DNA from: Nitrospirota bacterium
GTDB lineage: Bacteria > Nitrospirota > Thermodesulfovibrionia > Thermodesulfovibrionales > UBA9159
DNA length: 64,000 bases
Assembly: GCA_963699545.1 (NCBI GenBank)
Contig: CAVOUE010000003.1
Span: forward strand, 352,001 to 416,000
Direction of reading: 5' to 3'
Positions 53,231-63,937 of the stretch are shown one piece after another (the stretch's first letter is position 1; each line of letters opens with the position of its first letter). The position numbers were made by a program, and so were the translations under genes. The notes beneath the pieces were generated by a model. It was not told where the DNA came from and searched no databases. It saw only the letters and a program-made list of their open reading frames with translations.

Positions 53231-54232
53231 ATGGGATCCATAGTTGCTTTCTTTGCAGTGATTGCACTTGTCCTGGCCGCATTCGTAGGTGTGAGCGCCG
53301 GGAACATGCACTTTCTCTTTGGCGTTGTTATCCCCTATGCGGCAATAATCATTTTCATAACCGGCTTTGTGTTCCGGGTTCTGAAATGGGGGAGTTCGCC
53401 GGTGCCCTTCTGTATACCCACGACCTGCGGACAGCAGAAATCCCTGCCGTGGATTAAGCAGAGCACCATCGATAATCCCTCCACCGCACCGGGCGTCATC
53501 GTGAGGATGGCGTTGGAGGTGCTTCTCTTCCGCTCACTGTTCAGGAACCTCAAAACGCAGCTGAGTGAGGGCCAGAGACTTGCCTATGGTGAAGCAAAGT
53601 GGCTCTGGCTGGCAGGGCTGGCTTTTCACTGGTCATTCCTGATCATTTTAGTGAGGCATCTGAGATTCTTTATCGCGCAGGTGCCTGTTCCCATCAAGAT
53701 GATCGAAGGCCTCGACAGTTTTTTGCAGGTCGGCGCGCCGCTTTTTTACATCAGTGACGCGGTGATCCTGCTGGCGGTGACCTATCTTTTTCTGCGGAGG
53801 GTCTTTCTTCCGCAGATGCGTTATATTTCCCTCCCGGCTGACTATTTCCCTCTTTTCCTGATCCTGGGCATCGCAGTCTCCGGCGTGCTCATGAGGTATT
53901 TCCTCAAGACAAATATTACGGGGGTCAAGGAGTTGGCGCTCGGGCTGGCCAGCTTTGTTAACCCTGATGCGAAACTCCTTGGGAGCATAGGTGTCATCTT
54001 TTACATCCATCTCTTCCTTATCAGCATTCTCTTCGCCTATTTTCCCTTCAGCAAACTGATGCACATGGGCGGGGTCTTCATGAGCCCGACGAGGAACATG
54101 GTGAACAACAGTCGTATGAAAAGACGTATCAATCCCTGGAATTACCCTGTGAAGGTGCATACGTATGACGAGTATGAGGATGACTTCAGGGAAAAGATGA
54201 AAGGGGCTGGGATACCAGTGGAAAAGGAGTAA
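53231..54232 (+). CDS. dsrM: DsrM membrane b-type cytochrome
   Basis: IPTTCGQQKSLPW, FHWSF, FPFSKLMH. Confidence 0.95.
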   Translation: MGSIVAFFAVIALVLAAFVGVSAGNMHFLFGVVIPYAAIIIFITGFVFRVLKWGSSPVPFCIPTTCGQQKSLPWIKQSTIDNPSTAPGVIVRMALEVLLFRSLFRNLKTQLSEGQRLAYGEAKWLWLAGLAFHWSFLIILVRHLRFFIAQVPVPIKMIEGLDSFLQVGAPLFYISDAVILLAVTYLFLRRVFLPQMRYISLPADYFPLFLILGIAVSGVLMRYFLKTNITGVKELALGLASFVNPDAKLLGSIGVIFYIHLFLISILFAYFPFSKLMHMGGVFMSPTRNMVNNSRMKRRINPWNYPVKVHTYDEYEDDFREKMKGAGIPVEKE

Positions 54233-54234
54233 CT

Positions 54235-55848
54235 ATGGCAAAATTTACCGCAAAACCGGATGAACTGGCAAAGATAGATTTCAGGCCTCCAGAGAAACAC
54301 TGGATGGATACTCCTGTCGAGATCAGGGAACATATGTTCTGTCACGCCGCCAAACCGAAGGAACTGGAAACCGTCAGTTTTCCCAATGCGCACGAGTGGA
54401 GACCCAATGACGAGGACTGGAAACTGCCGGAAAACTGGGAACGGACGATCCTGGAGGGAATGAAAGACCTCCTGGGGAAATACCGCTCTTTCAGGCTCTT
54501 CATGGATATTTGCGTACGATGCGGAGCCTGTGCCGACAAGTGCCATTTCTTCATCGGCACCGGAGACCCAAAGAATATGCCTGTTCTCAGGGCCGAACTG
54601 ATGCGTTCGGTGTACAGGGGGAACTTCACCCTGGCAGGGAAGATCCTGAGGAAGCTCGCCGGGGCAAGGGATCTAACGGTGAATGTGCTGAAGGAGTGGT
54701 GGTATTACTTCTACCAGTGCACTGAATGCCGCCGCTGTTCCGTATTCTGTCCCTACGGCATTGACCAGGCCGAGATCACGATGATGGGCAGGGAACTCAC
54801 CAATTTGATCGGTCTCAACATAGGATGGATAGCCGGCCCTGTGGCAGCCTGCTACATGAAGGGAAACCATCTCGGGCTGGAACCCCACACCATCACTTCG
54901 AGTATGGAATTTTTTGTGGATGATATAGAGACCATTACCGGAATCAGGGTGAACCCCACATTCAACCGGAAAGGTGCCGAGATACTCTTTGTCACCCCTT
55001 CCGGCGATCTCTTTGCAAACCCCGGTACCTACACTGCGATGGGATATCTGATGCTCTTTCACGAGCTGGGACTTGACTACACCTGGAGCACCTATGCTTC
55101 CGAGGGAGGCAACTTCGGTTTCTTTACGACCAACGAGATGGCAAAGAGGCTGAATTCTAAGATATATGCCGAGGCAAAGCGGCTTGGCGTAAAGTGGATC
55201 CTGGGCGGCGAGTGCGGCCACATGTGGCGGGTGATCCACCAGTACATGGACACATGGAACGGCCCGGCCGATTTCCTTGAAGCGCCGGTATCTCCCATCA
55301 CCGGCACACGGTTCGAAAATGCGAGATCCGCCAAGATGGTCCACATTGCGGAATTTACCGCTGACCTTATCAAACACGGAAAACTGAAGCTGGATCCGGG
55401 CCGTAACGATCATCTGAAGGTGACGTTCCATGACTCCTGCAACACGTCCAGGGGCATGGGGCTGCTGGAGGAACCGCGGTATATCGTCAAGAATATCTGT
55501 AACCATTTTTACGAGATGCCGGAAGACACCATCAGGGAAAAGACCTTCTGTTGCGGAAGCGGCACCGGGTTGAATGCATCAGAGAATATGGAGTTGAGGC
55601 TGAGGGGAGGCTTCCCCAGGGCAAATGCTGTGAAGTACGTCAGCGAACACTACGGGGTGAATATGCTCGCCAATGTCTGTGCCATTGACAGGGCTACCCT
55701 CTCCACCTCCATGGAGTATTGGGTCCCCGGGGTGGGCGTCGCCGGTGTTCACGAACTCGTCGGCAATGCCCTTGTGATGAAGGGGGAGAAGGAGAGGACC
55801 CAGGATCTGCGCCTTGAACCTCTCCCGGGGAAGGAAGGTGACGAGTGA
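54235..55848 (+). CDS. dsrK: DsrK iron-sulfur subunit
   Basis: CVRCGACADKC, CTECRRCSVFCP, GECGH, HDSC, CCG. Confidence 0.95.
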   Translation: MAKFTAKPDELAKIDFRPPEKHWMDTPVEIREHMFCHAAKPKELETVSFPNAHEWRPNDEDWKLPENWERTILEGMKDLLGKYRSFRLFMDICVRCGACADKCHFFIGTGDPKNMPVLRAELMRSVYRGNFTLAGKILRKLAGARDLTVNVLKEWWYYFYQCTECRRCSVFCPYGIDQAEITMMGRELTNLIGLNIGWIAGPVAACYMKGNHLGLEPHTITSSMEFFVDDIETITGIRVNPTFNRKGAEILFVTPSGDLFANPGTYTAMGYLMLFHELGLDYTWSTYASEGGNFGFFTTNEMAKRLNSKIYAEAKRLGVKWILGGECGHMWRVIHQYMDTWNGPADFLEAPVSPITGTRFENARSAKMVHIAEFTADLIKHGKLKLDPGRNDHLKVTFHDSCNTSRGMGLLEEPRYIVKNICNHFYEMPEDTIREKTFCCGSGTGLNASENMELRLRGGFPRANAVKYVSEHYGVNMLANVCAIDRATLSTSMEYWVPGVGVAGVHELVGNALVMKGEKERTQDLRLEPLPGKEGDE

Positions 55849-56252
55849 TGAAACTCTATGGTGGCGGAAAGATCATTGCCGGGCTTATCATCTTTTTCTT
55901 TCTGGTGACGTTCCCCTTTTTCCTTAATATCGGAAAGGTGAATGCCAAGCCGGATCTCAAAATCGATACCCCTGAGATACAGAAACTGGCGGAAAAGAAG
56001 TGCATAGAGCCGAAGGCGTTCATGAGGGCCGAGCATATGAAATTGCTGAATGACTGGAGGGATTTTGCGGTGCGGAACGGCGAGAGGCTTTACGTGAATT
56101 CTGAAGGAAAGAAATTCACCATCAGTCTTCAGAATACTTGCATGCACTGCCATTCGAACAAGAAAAAGTTCTGCGATGAATGCCACAACTATATGGCGGT
56201 GAATCCATACTGCTGGACATGCCATATAGCACCGAAGGAGAAGGAGTCATGA
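55845..56252 (+). CDS. dsrJ: DsrJ triheme cytochrome c
   Basis: Three CxxCH motifs, MRAEHM. Confidence 0.95.
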   Translation: MMKLYGGGKIIAGLIIFFFLVTFPFFLNIGKVNAKPDLKIDTPEIQKLAEKKCIEPKAFMRAEHMKLLNDWRDFAVRNGERLYVNSEGKKFTISLQNTCMHCHSNKKKFCDECHNYMAVNPYCWTCHIAPKEKES

Positions 56253-57073
56253 GCATGGACAGAAGGCAGTTCCTAAAGATAGCAGGCATTTCGACCGTTT
56301 TGGGACTGGGGGGCACGTCGGTTGTCAATGAGCTCACGAAGGGAGGGGTTGAGGCTTCTCACGTTCTGACCGACGAGAAGGCTTTGACCGCAAAGAGATG
56401 GGCCATGGTCATCAATGTGGACAAGTTCAAGACCGAAGAGGAATACAAGAGAGTCGTAAAGGCCTGTCACAGCATCCACAACGTGCCTGATATCGGAAAT
56501 CCTAAAGACGAGATCAAATGGATATGGACCGACACGTATGAACACACCTTCCCTACCCAGCCGAATGAGTACATCACGGAGAGCATCAAGCATAAGCCCT
56601 TTGTCCTTCTTTGTAACCACTGCGCGAATCCTCCGTGCGTGAGGGTTTGCCCCACCAAGGCTACGTTCAAGAGACCGGACGGGATTGTGATGATGGATCA
56701 GCATCGCTGTATCGGTTGCAGATTCTGCATGGCTGGATGCCCGTTCGGGGCGAGAAGCTTTAACTACAGAGATCCGAGGCCCTTTATCAAGGAGGAGAAC
56801 AAGGAATATCCCACGAGAGCGATAGGTGTCGTCGAAAAATGCACTTTCTGTTTTGAGCGTCTTGCCAAAGGCCTTATCCCGGCGTGTGTGGAGGCGTCCC
56901 AGCATGCTGCTAAAGAAAACGGCAGGGAACCAGGGATGTATTTCGGTGACCTCGATGATCCAGCCTCTGAAGTCAGAAAGGTCCTCAGCACCCATTACAC
57001 GATTAGGCGTAAGCCCGAGCTTGGAACAGAGCCCGGCGTTTTTTACGTTATAGGAGGTGACAGGAATGCTTGA
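56249..57073 (+). CDS. dsrO: DsrO periplasmic iron-sulfur protein
   Basis: Tat signal [27 protein letters not shown]. Confidence 0.93.
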   Translation: MSMDRRQFLKIAGISTVLGLGGTSVVNELTKGGVEASHVLTDEKALTAKRWAMVINVDKFKTEEEYKRVVKACHSIHNVPDIGNPKDEIKWIWTDTYEHTFPTQPNEYITESIKHKPFVLLCNHCANPPCVRVCPTKATFKRPDGIVMMDQHRCIGCRFCMAGCPFGARSFNYRDPRPFIKEENKEYPTRAIGVVEKCTFCFERLAKGLIPACVEASQHAAKENGREPGMYFGDLDDPASEVRKVLSTHYTIRRKPELGTEPGVFYVIGGDRNA

Positions 57074-58238
57074 AAAAGCGTTAACAGGAAGTCGAAGATA
57101 CTGGACTTGGGTATTCTTTTTGCTTGCCCTTGTCGGGATAGGTTTCATTAACTATCTCTATCAGTTCAAGAACGGTCTTGGAATAACCGGCATGAGCAGG
57201 GACGTTTCGTGGGGTCTGTATATTGGACAGTTTACCTTCCTCGTCGGTGTTGCGGCTTCTGCGGTGATGCTGGTCATTCCCCATTATCTGCACGACTTCA
57301 AGAAATTCGGAAAGATCGTCATCCTCGGAGAGTTCCTTGCCGTCGCTGCGGTGACCATGTGCGTATTGTTCATCTTTGTGGATCTGGGTCAGCCGATGAG
57401 AGTACTCAATGTGGTGCTGTACCCTACTCCCAATTCCATTCTGTTCTGGGATGCGATCGTTCTGAACGTCTATCTCATACTGAACATTACGATCGGCTGG
57501 GTGACCCTCGGCTCGGACCGGAAAGGGGTGAAACCGCCTCAATGGATTAAGCCACTGATCTATCTGTCGATCCCCTGGGCGTTCAGCATCCATACCGTTA
57601 CGGCCTTTCTCTATGCCGGTCTTCCGGGAAGGCATTTCTGGCTGAGCGCCATAATGGCAGCCCGCTTCCTGGCATCTGCTTTTGCCGGAGGCCCTGCGCT
57701 TCTTATCATTCTTGCACTGATTGTGAGAAAACTGACCAAGTTTGATCCCGGGAAAGAGCCGATTCAGGCGGTGGGAAAGATCGTGACCTATGCCATGATC
57801 GCCAACGTGTTCTTCCTTGGACTGGAATTCTTTACCGCCTTCTACAGCCAGATACCGGGGCACATGCATTCGTTCGTCTACCTGTACACCGGGCTTGAAG
57901 GACACGGAAAGCTTGTTCCCCTGATGTGGGCTTCCACCATCCTTGCGGTGGTCTCTCTTGTCCTCCTGATCTTCCCCTCGTTGCGCAGGAAAGAGGGTGT
58001 GCTGGCAGCGGCCTGTGTGGCGTTATTTGTTTCCTTATGGATAGACAAGGGATTCGGTCTTGTAATCGGAGGGTTTATTCCGAACCCCTTCGAAGGAATT
58101 ACGGAATACTGGCCGAGTCTTCGCGAAACACTAATTGCCACTGGAATTTGGGCGTTGGGGTTCCTGGTGCTCACCCTGCTTTACAAGATAGCGGTGACAG
58201 TGAGGGAAGAGACCGCAGGGATAGAGATGGAACACTAG
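57066..58238 (+). CDS. dsrP: DsrP (NrfD-family membrane protein)
   Basis: [18 protein letters not shown]. Confidence 0.93.
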   Translation: MLEKALTGSRRYWTWVFFLLALVGIGFINYLYQFKNGLGITGMSRDVSWGLYIGQFTFLVGVAASAVMLVIPHYLHDFKKFGKIVILGEFLAVAAVTMCVLFIFVDLGQPMRVLNVVLYPTPNSILFWDAIVLNVYLILNITIGWVTLGSDRKGVKPPQWIKPLIYLSIPWAFSIHTVTAFLYAGLPGRHFWLSAIMAARFLASAFAGGPALLIILALIVRKLTKFDPGKEPIQAVGKIVTYAMIANVFFLGLEFFTAFYSQIPGHMHSFVYLYTGLEGHGKLVPLMWASTILAVVSLVLLIFPSLRRKEGVLAAACVALFVSLWIDKGFGLVIGGFIPNPFEGITEYWPSLRETLIATGIWALGFLVLTLLYKIAVTVREETAGIEMEH

Positions 58239-58472
58239 AAGCACATCAGATATCTCATTCATCAAGAGGGCTATCCTGGGAAGGGTAGGGCCCTCTTGTG
58301 GTTTTGGGAAGCCGTGAAATCTGTGGCTGGAAGCGTGTACGCATCATGAGGAGGATGTCTAACGGAGATCAGGGGAAAAGCAAAGGTTCCGCCGCCGGTA
58401 TTGCCCCTGGAATTGATTTAGAGGCCGGATTTTATTTATAATAAGTGATAAAAATTAGGAGGTGATCATAAC

Positions 58473-58658
58473 GTGTACATGGTTACAGTAGACGCGGCAA
58501 AATGCGAGGGTTGTGAGGAGTGCGTAAATGTCTGCCCCCAAGGCGTATTCCAGATGGCCGCAACCAAGTCGGATCCGTATCAGACCGCGGAATGTGTTTT
58601 CTGTGAAAGCTGTCTTGGAGTGTGTCCTACAACTGCCATAGCCATAAATGAGATGTAG
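58473..58658 (+). CDS. 2x[4Fe-4S] ferredoxin
   Basis: Two CxxCxxCxxxCP motifs; AGGAGG RBS, GTG start. Confidence 0.92.
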   Translation: MYMVTVDAAKCEGCEECVNVCPQGVFQMAATKSDPYQTAECVFCESCLGVCPTTAIAINEM

Positions 58659-58674
58659 GATCAGCGCGAGGAGC

Positions 58675-58716
58675 AATAAAAAAGGGGATGCTTTTCACCG
58701 CATCCCCTTTTTTATT
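58675..58716. terminator. Bidirectional intrinsic terminator
   Basis: aataaaaaaggggatgc-N8-gcatccccttttttatt between convergent genes. Confidence 0.85.
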
Positions 58717-58764
58717 GCCTAAACAGAAGGGCGAAGTCTCAAAGGATGAAGAGTGCCTCTTCTC

Positions 58765-59016
58765 CTATGACTTCTGTATATAGAGTTCCCAGTACCCCTT
58801 GTCCTCGAGCTTAACCGACTCAAACTTGAACCCCTGCTTCTCACAATAGCGGGGGAGGGAGTCCTCTGCCGAGGCGGGCGCATCACAGAGGACCTTCAGC
58901 AACCCGCCGCTCGGTAGTTTCTCTAATGCCTTCTTGCTCAATACCAGGGGATAGGGGCATACCCTTCCCAGGACGTCAAGCGTCTCCGTTGGTGTCATAC
59001 TGCTCAGTTCTCCCAT
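58765..59016 (-). CDS. tusA: Sulfurtransferase TusA family protein
   Basis: LDVLGRVCPYP motif. Confidence 0.9.
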   Translation of the reverse strand: MGELSSMTPTETLDVLGRVCPYPLVLSKKALEKLPSGGLLKVLCDAPASAEDSLPRYCEKQGFKFESVKLEDKGYWELYIQKS

Positions 59017-59027
59017 ACATTTCCTCC

Positions 59028-59441
59028 TTAAAAGAACAAGAGATGGTTCGCTGAGTCCATCTCCTTCATGATCTCGCTGAATGCCACAACACTTGCCCTG
59101 GTCTCACCACCGATGTCCTCCGCGTCCATGATCAGGGCATCTTCAGAGATTCCGAACTTATCTACGTCCTCCTTACAGATCAGGACCCTTAGGTCAAGGA
59201 GGAGAGAGTTTTTTATATGCTGCTCGAGGCTTGTCACCCCGTACGTGTTCATGGCCTTCTGATCCTTGAGGCAGTTTAACACACCGTCTCCGATAAATGC
59301 CAGAACCGGCTCAACATTCTCGCCGTCCTCAAGATAAATCTCCACTGTCTGGCTCGCAATGGCGTGGGTTAATGCCAGTCTCGAAGCCTCCGTTTTATAG
59401 GGAAGGCTTTTCACTACGAATGCGAATTTCTTGATAGCCAT
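59028..59441 (-). CDS. DsrF/TusC-like protein
   Basis: FVVKSLPY, AFIGDGV..LKDQ, DSANHLLFF. Confidence 0.75.
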   Translation of the reverse strand: MAIKKFAFVVKSLPYKTEASRLALTHAIASQTVEIYLEDGENVEPVLAFIGDGVLNCLKDQKAMNTYGVTSLEQHIKNSLLLDLRVLICKEDVDKFGISEDALIMDAEDIGGETRASVVAFSEIMKEMDSANHLLFF

Positions 59442-59442
59442 A

Positions 59443-59805
59443 TTAATCACCTCCGATATGAAGGACCTTGTCTGCGCCGAAACAGCTCGCAAGATACCAG
59501 TCCATGCTGTGGCGCTTAAACCCTTCCATGGTATCTTCTTTATGGTATCCCCTCGCCTCAGCACACGCCTCACAGGCTGTTGCTTGGAAATTTCCTGTTG
59601 CAAATAGTTCCTGGAGCTTCTTCTCTAAAGCCGAATAATCCTTAAAAGCCCTCTGTCCCTTTTTCGAGAGCATTGTCGCATTGCCTGACACCCATAAATC
59701 GACTTTATGCCCCTTTTTTATCGCAGCCTCCGACAGCTTTACCGCAAAGTCCAGAGATAAAGAACCTACAAGTGATGAAAAAACACCGATCGTCAATTTA
59801 CCCAT
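59443..59805 (-). CDS. DsrE/TusD-like sulfurtransferase
   Basis: AAIKKGHKV, ACEACAEARG, ADKVL. Confidence 0.8.
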   Translation of the reverse strand: MGKLTIGVFSSLVGSLSLDFAVKLSEAAIKKGHKVDLWVSGNATMLSKKGQRAFKDYSALEKKLQELFATGNFQATACEACAEARGYHKEDTMEGFKRHSMDWYLASCFGADKVLHIGGD

Positions 59806-59814
59806 GATACCCCC

Positions 59815-60111
59815 CTATATCCATATGAGCTTCTCGTATTCGTTGAAGATCAGATCTACGAGATCATTGTATGTTATAGCCTTGACCCTGCTGTCAATAT
59901 CGGTTTCTGCGAACCCCCTTATCTGCAAATCTTCCGCGAGCGCATAGAGGTGAGGAGACTTCCCCAGTATCGGAGACTGTTTGCCGCCCTCTTTCACTTT
60001 CGCATGATAGACTCCGTTGCTGACGAGGATAATGCCAAGGGTGTCAGCCTTTAATCTTAATAAGGTGTCGTCCATATTCCTGAAGTCGCTGACAAGCACA
60101 CCTAATTTCAT
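59815..60111 (-). CDS. DsrH/TusB-like protein
   Basis: NGVYHA, LYALAEDLQIRG, ITYNDLVDL. Confidence 0.8.
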   Translation of the reverse strand: MKLGVLVSDFRNMDDTLLRLKADTLGIILVSNGVYHAKVKEGGKQSPILGKSPHLYALAEDLQIRGFAETDIDSRVKAITYNDLVDLIFNEYEKLIWI

Positions 60112-60226
60112 GAAACACCTCCTGGGAACATAAATTTTGGGAGTGCAATTTTATATCACTTGGAGTGATAAATTGTAAATAAAAAATCCTTTATAAATTC
60201 ATTAGTATTTGTTATAACTTACAGGC

Positions 60227-61237
60227 ATGAAGCACGATGTAACGATGATACAGGGCGATCGGGACAGGCCGACGGCGGTTTTCATACACGGATTAGGTAT
60301 GGATAAGAGGATATGGGAATCTCCCGATGAGGCGAGAGTGTTAGGGGGAAGGTTTCCTGTCAACCTGTTCATGGGCAGGGAACCAAAGCCTGAGATGAAA
60401 GAGGGAGGTGAGCAGGGGGAGATATCGAGAGGACTTTTCCTGGGTGAGCCATTGACGGGCCTCTCCACACTCTTCCATAGCCTCAGAGAACAGGGGTACA
60501 CGGTTATTACATGGAGCCAGCAGAGGCCTTCGGCGGAGATTGACAGCGCGGTCTCAGAGCTCAAAGATATCGTGACAATGTTCGAAGATTACGGGAGAGC
60601 AGGGATGGTTCTCATAGGCCACAGCAGGGGCGGGCTGGTGGCCAGGAAATATCTTGCCAGCGGTGACAAAAGAATTCGATGCCTGGTCACCCTGGCCACG
60701 CCTCATAAAGGCAGCAGGATGGCCCGATGGGTGGAGTATATCACTCCCCTGACATCGCTCATCCATCACTTTCTTCCGGATTCAGAGAAGGGCACAGTCA
60801 TATATGCGGCAAAAAGGACCTTCGATTTCCTGCGGAGCAAGGCAGTGAAAGAATTGCTGCCGGATTCCCGGGTCTTCAGGTCTCTCGATGATGATACAGC
60901 TCGCAAGGGGGTATATTATCTCTCAGTGGGGGGAAATAATCCGACCCTCTTTTCCGTGTACCGAAGGGTGATTGAGCCGATCCGGGACGGTGGGGAAGAG
61001 CGCTTCATGGTGAACCCCCTGAGGGTCTTTTCCGTTCCCGATATCCTTGAGAAGGTGATCCCTGCAAGGCTTTTCCCTGATGAGATGAAACAGGGAAAGG
61101 GGGACGGGTTTGTATCTGTGGAGAGTTCCATGCTTCCGTGGTCTGATGAACATCATGATGTTGCCGTGAACCATGCCGGAATACTTTTTGATGAGCGAGT
61201 AAAACGGGTGGTTGTCGATGCGCTCAATCATCTGTGA
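60227..61237 (+). CDS. Alpha/beta hydrolase (lipase-like)
   Basis: FIHGLG, GHSRGG, TPHKGS, GDGFV, NH. Confidence 0.85.
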   Translation: MKHDVTMIQGDRDRPTAVFIHGLGMDKRIWESPDEARVLGGRFPVNLFMGREPKPEMKEGGEQGEISRGLFLGEPLTGLSTLFHSLREQGYTVITWSQQRPSAEIDSAVSELKDIVTMFEDYGRAGMVLIGHSRGGLVARKYLASGDKRIRCLVTLATPHKGSRMARWVEYITPLTSLIHHFLPDSEKGTVIYAAKRTFDFLRSKAVKELLPDSRVFRSLDDDTARKGVYYLSVGGNNPTLFSVYRRVIEPIRDGGEERFMVNPLRVFSVPDILEKVIPARLFPDEMKQGKGDGFVSVESSMLPWSDEHHDVAVNHAGILFDERVKRVVVDALNHL

Positions 61238-61506
61238 GCTTTTGAGCTCTTCATGAGCCCCGGGAAGTCCTACCCGCACACGGGAGGGGACATCGTATAT
61301 AATGAATGATAGCAGGCCGGTTTTGAGGAGGTGGGGAGGGAAGCCTGTTGAAACGACGGTCTGCGTATTCCCGGGGATTGCTTGACAAAGAGGGAGTAAT
61401 GCTGTAAATGTAATAAGAGATTTGCTCGTAACCTTCACGGTGTTACGGGGCTGTTCATTTCAGAGGCTGGTTTCCGGCCTGCATGAGGCAATAATGGAGG
61501 ATGGTC

Positions 61507-61926
61507 ATGGCGAGTAAGAAACTGCAGGATATGCTCAACGACGCAATTGCAAGAGAGATTCAGGTAACTGTCCAGTATATGTGGCAGCATGTGATGGTGA
61601 AAGGTATCAATGCCGAGTCAGTGGGCGGTGTTTTCAAAGGCATTGCGATCACGGAGATGAAGCATGCTGAGGCGATCGCTGAGAGGCTTGATTACCTTGG
61701 GGGCGTGCCCACAACAAAACCGACGCCCATAGCGATCGGGAAAACAGCGAAAGAGATGCTTCAGATTAATAAGAAAGCCGAGGAAGATGCGATCAAACTG
61801 TATAACGAGATCATTTCCGTTGCTTCCAGAGAAGGTGATGTTGTGACCAGAAAACTCTTTGAGTCTATCCTTTCGGAGGAAGAAGGTCATCACAATACGT
61901 TCAGCACCTTGCTGGAAAAGGATTGA
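61507..61926 (+). CDS. Ferritin/bacterioferritin-like diiron protein
   Basis: EMKHAE, EEEGH ferroxidase motifs. Confidence 0.85.
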   Translation: MASKKLQDMLNDAIAREIQVTVQYMWQHVMVKGINAESVGGVFKGIAITEMKHAEAIAERLDYLGGVPTTKPTPIAIGKTAKEMLQINKKAEEDAIKLYNEIISVASREGDVVTRKLFESILSEEEGHHNTFSTLLEKD

Positions 61927-62187
61927 TCTCAGCGTTGCGGTTACCGCGGTGAGCAGTCAGTCCGCTGATGATGGATGTGCTGACTGCCCGTTGCAGGAAA
62001 GAGAGATGAAGGAGCAGGGGATAAAGAGCAATACTTCTCGAATCGCATCCTAACGAGCCGGTATCCTTAGGAGAGCATTCACCCTGTGCTGGCTTTCCCT
62101 TTTTGATTTTCACTTGCCCCCGGAAAGTTAAGTGTTCATGGTAACGAGGTGTTTCCTATCCCATAGAATGAAGAAAAGGAGGAAAGA

Positions 62188-63402
62188 ATGAAAGCCGTTG
62201 AGATCAAGAACGGTATCTACTGGGTAGGCGCGATCGATTGGGCGGTGCGGGATTTCCATGGTTATGCGACGCCCCGGGGTACAACCTACAATAACTATCT
62301 TGTCATGGACGATGAGATAACCCTGCTCGATACCGTCAAATACGACTTTTCGGATATTACGATCAAGAACATCAGCAGTGTGGTGAATCCTTCGAGGATA
62401 AAGAACGTGGTGATCAACCACATCGAAAACGACCATGCCACGAGTCTCGACAGGATCATGGAGCTGGCCAAAGATGCCACTATTTATATCACTGAGAAGG
62501 GCAGGAAGGGGCTCGGGAGATTCTTTGATACATCAAAATGGAGCATAAAGGTGGTGAAGACAGGGGATACGTTGCGTATAGGGAAAAGGACGCTCCTCTT
62601 TATCGAGACACCGATGGTTCATTGGCCTGATTCCATGATGACGTACATAGAGGGGGAGAAGATCCTCATAAGCCAGGACGGTTTTGGCCAGCATATTGCA
62701 TCCGCGGTGAGGTTCGACGATGAGTTCGTCGGCTGCGAATCCCTGTCGGAGCTGGAAGACGCGGTTGTCGATTACTATGCCAATATCCTCATGCCGTTTG
62801 GTCCGGTGATCAAGAACAAGATTGCGGAGATTCAGAAGCTGGGACTGGAGATAGAGATCATCGCTCCCGATCACGGGATCATCTGGCGGGCAGGGGCGAA
62901 GCAGGTCATGCAGAGGTATCTTGACATGGCAGAGGGCAAGGCAAATCTGAGCGTGCCGATAGTATATGACACCATGTGGCAGAGCACTGAAAAGATGTGT
63001 TTGCCCATTATGCAGGGGATAAAAGATGAAGGAGTGGAGTGTAAGGTCATCAAACTAAGGGCCACGCCCATGAGTGTTGCCATCAAGGAGTTCTGGAAAG
63101 CCCGGGGATGTCTTGTCGGGACCCCTACGCTTAATAATATCATGTATCCGACAGTGGCGGAATTCCTCACTCACTTAAGGGGACTCAGACCGAAAAACCG
63201 GATTATGGGTGCCTTCGGGAGCTTCGGCTGGGGTGGTGGCGCCGTGAAGGAGGCCTATGAAGAGTTCAAGAGGATGGGCCTCGAAACCTTTGAGCCGGGA
63301 TTGCAGATTCTCTACCGGCCGTCGCTGGAAGATGAGCAGAAGTGCTACGACTTCGGAAGGGAATTTGCACAGAAGGTGAAGGAATATCATTCCCGGTTCT
63401 GA
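62188..63402 (+). CDS. fprA: Flavodiiron protein (FprA family)
   Basis: GTTYN, NHIENDH, HWPDSM, APDHG, flavodoxin domain. Confidence 0.92.
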   Translation: MKAVEIKNGIYWVGAIDWAVRDFHGYATPRGTTYNNYLVMDDEITLLDTVKYDFSDITIKNISSVVNPSRIKNVVINHIENDHATSLDRIMELAKDATIYITEKGRKGLGRFFDTSKWSIKVVKTGDTLRIGKRTLLFIETPMVHWPDSMMTYIEGEKILISQDGFGQHIASAVRFDDEFVGCESLSELEDAVVDYYANILMPFGPVIKNKIAEIQKLGLEIEIIAPDHGIIWRAGAKQVMQRYLDMAEGKANLSVPIVYDTMWQSTEKMCLPIMQGIKDEGVECKVIKLRATPMSVAIKEFWKARGCLVGTPTLNNIMYPTVAEFLTHLRGLRPKNRIMGAFGSFGWGGGAVKEAYEEFKRMGLETFEPGLQILYRPSLEDEQKCYDFGREFAQKVKEYHSRF

Positions 63403-63442
63403 GAGGGGTCAACCTACAGAGCTCACTCAATAAGGAGGGATC

Positions 63443-63937
63443 ATGACAAAGTCGGAAAAGGATCTTCAGGAGGCATTTGCCGGGGAGTCGCAGGCGAACA
63501 GGAAGTACCTTGCCTTTGCAAAGAAAGCGGAGGCGGAGGGGTTCAAACAGGTGGCACGGCTCTTCAGGGCTGCTGCGGAAGCCGAGACAGTTCACGCACA
63601 CAATCACCTGAAAGAGCTGGGCGGTATAAGGAGCACGAGGGAAAACATTGAAGAGGCGATTCACGGCGAATCCTACGAATTCCAGAAAATGTATCCGCAG
63701 ATGATCGAAGACGCGCAGGCCGAGGGGAACAAGGGAGCGCTGAGGACATTTGGCTATGCGAATGAGGTCGAGAAGGTCCATGCAGGGCTCTATCAAAAGG
63801 CATTGGACAATCTCGGCAAGAATGTGGAGGCCGACTATTCTGTCTGTCAGGTCTGCGGCTATACCGCCGAAGGCGAGCCCCCTGATGAATGCCCCGTATG
63901 CAAGGCGAAGAAACAGGCCTTCAGGAAGGTCGATTGA
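63443..63937 (+). CDS. rbr: Rubrerythrin
   Basis: AFAGESQA, ETVHA, EKVH, CQVCG...CPVC. Confidence 0.93.
   Translation: MTKSEKDLQEAFAGESQANRKYLAFAKKAEAEGFKQVARLFRAAAEAETVHAHNHLKELGGIRSTRENIEEAIHGESYEFQKMYPQMIEDAQAEGNKGALRTFGYANEVEKVHAGLYQKALDNLGKNVEADYSVCQVCGYTAEGEPPDECPVCKAKKQAFRKVD

Noticed and set aside
59442-59603. N-terminal extension of the DsrF-like ORF
   Set aside because: Overlaps the DsrE-like gene in another frame; the GGAGG RBS supports the start at 59441.
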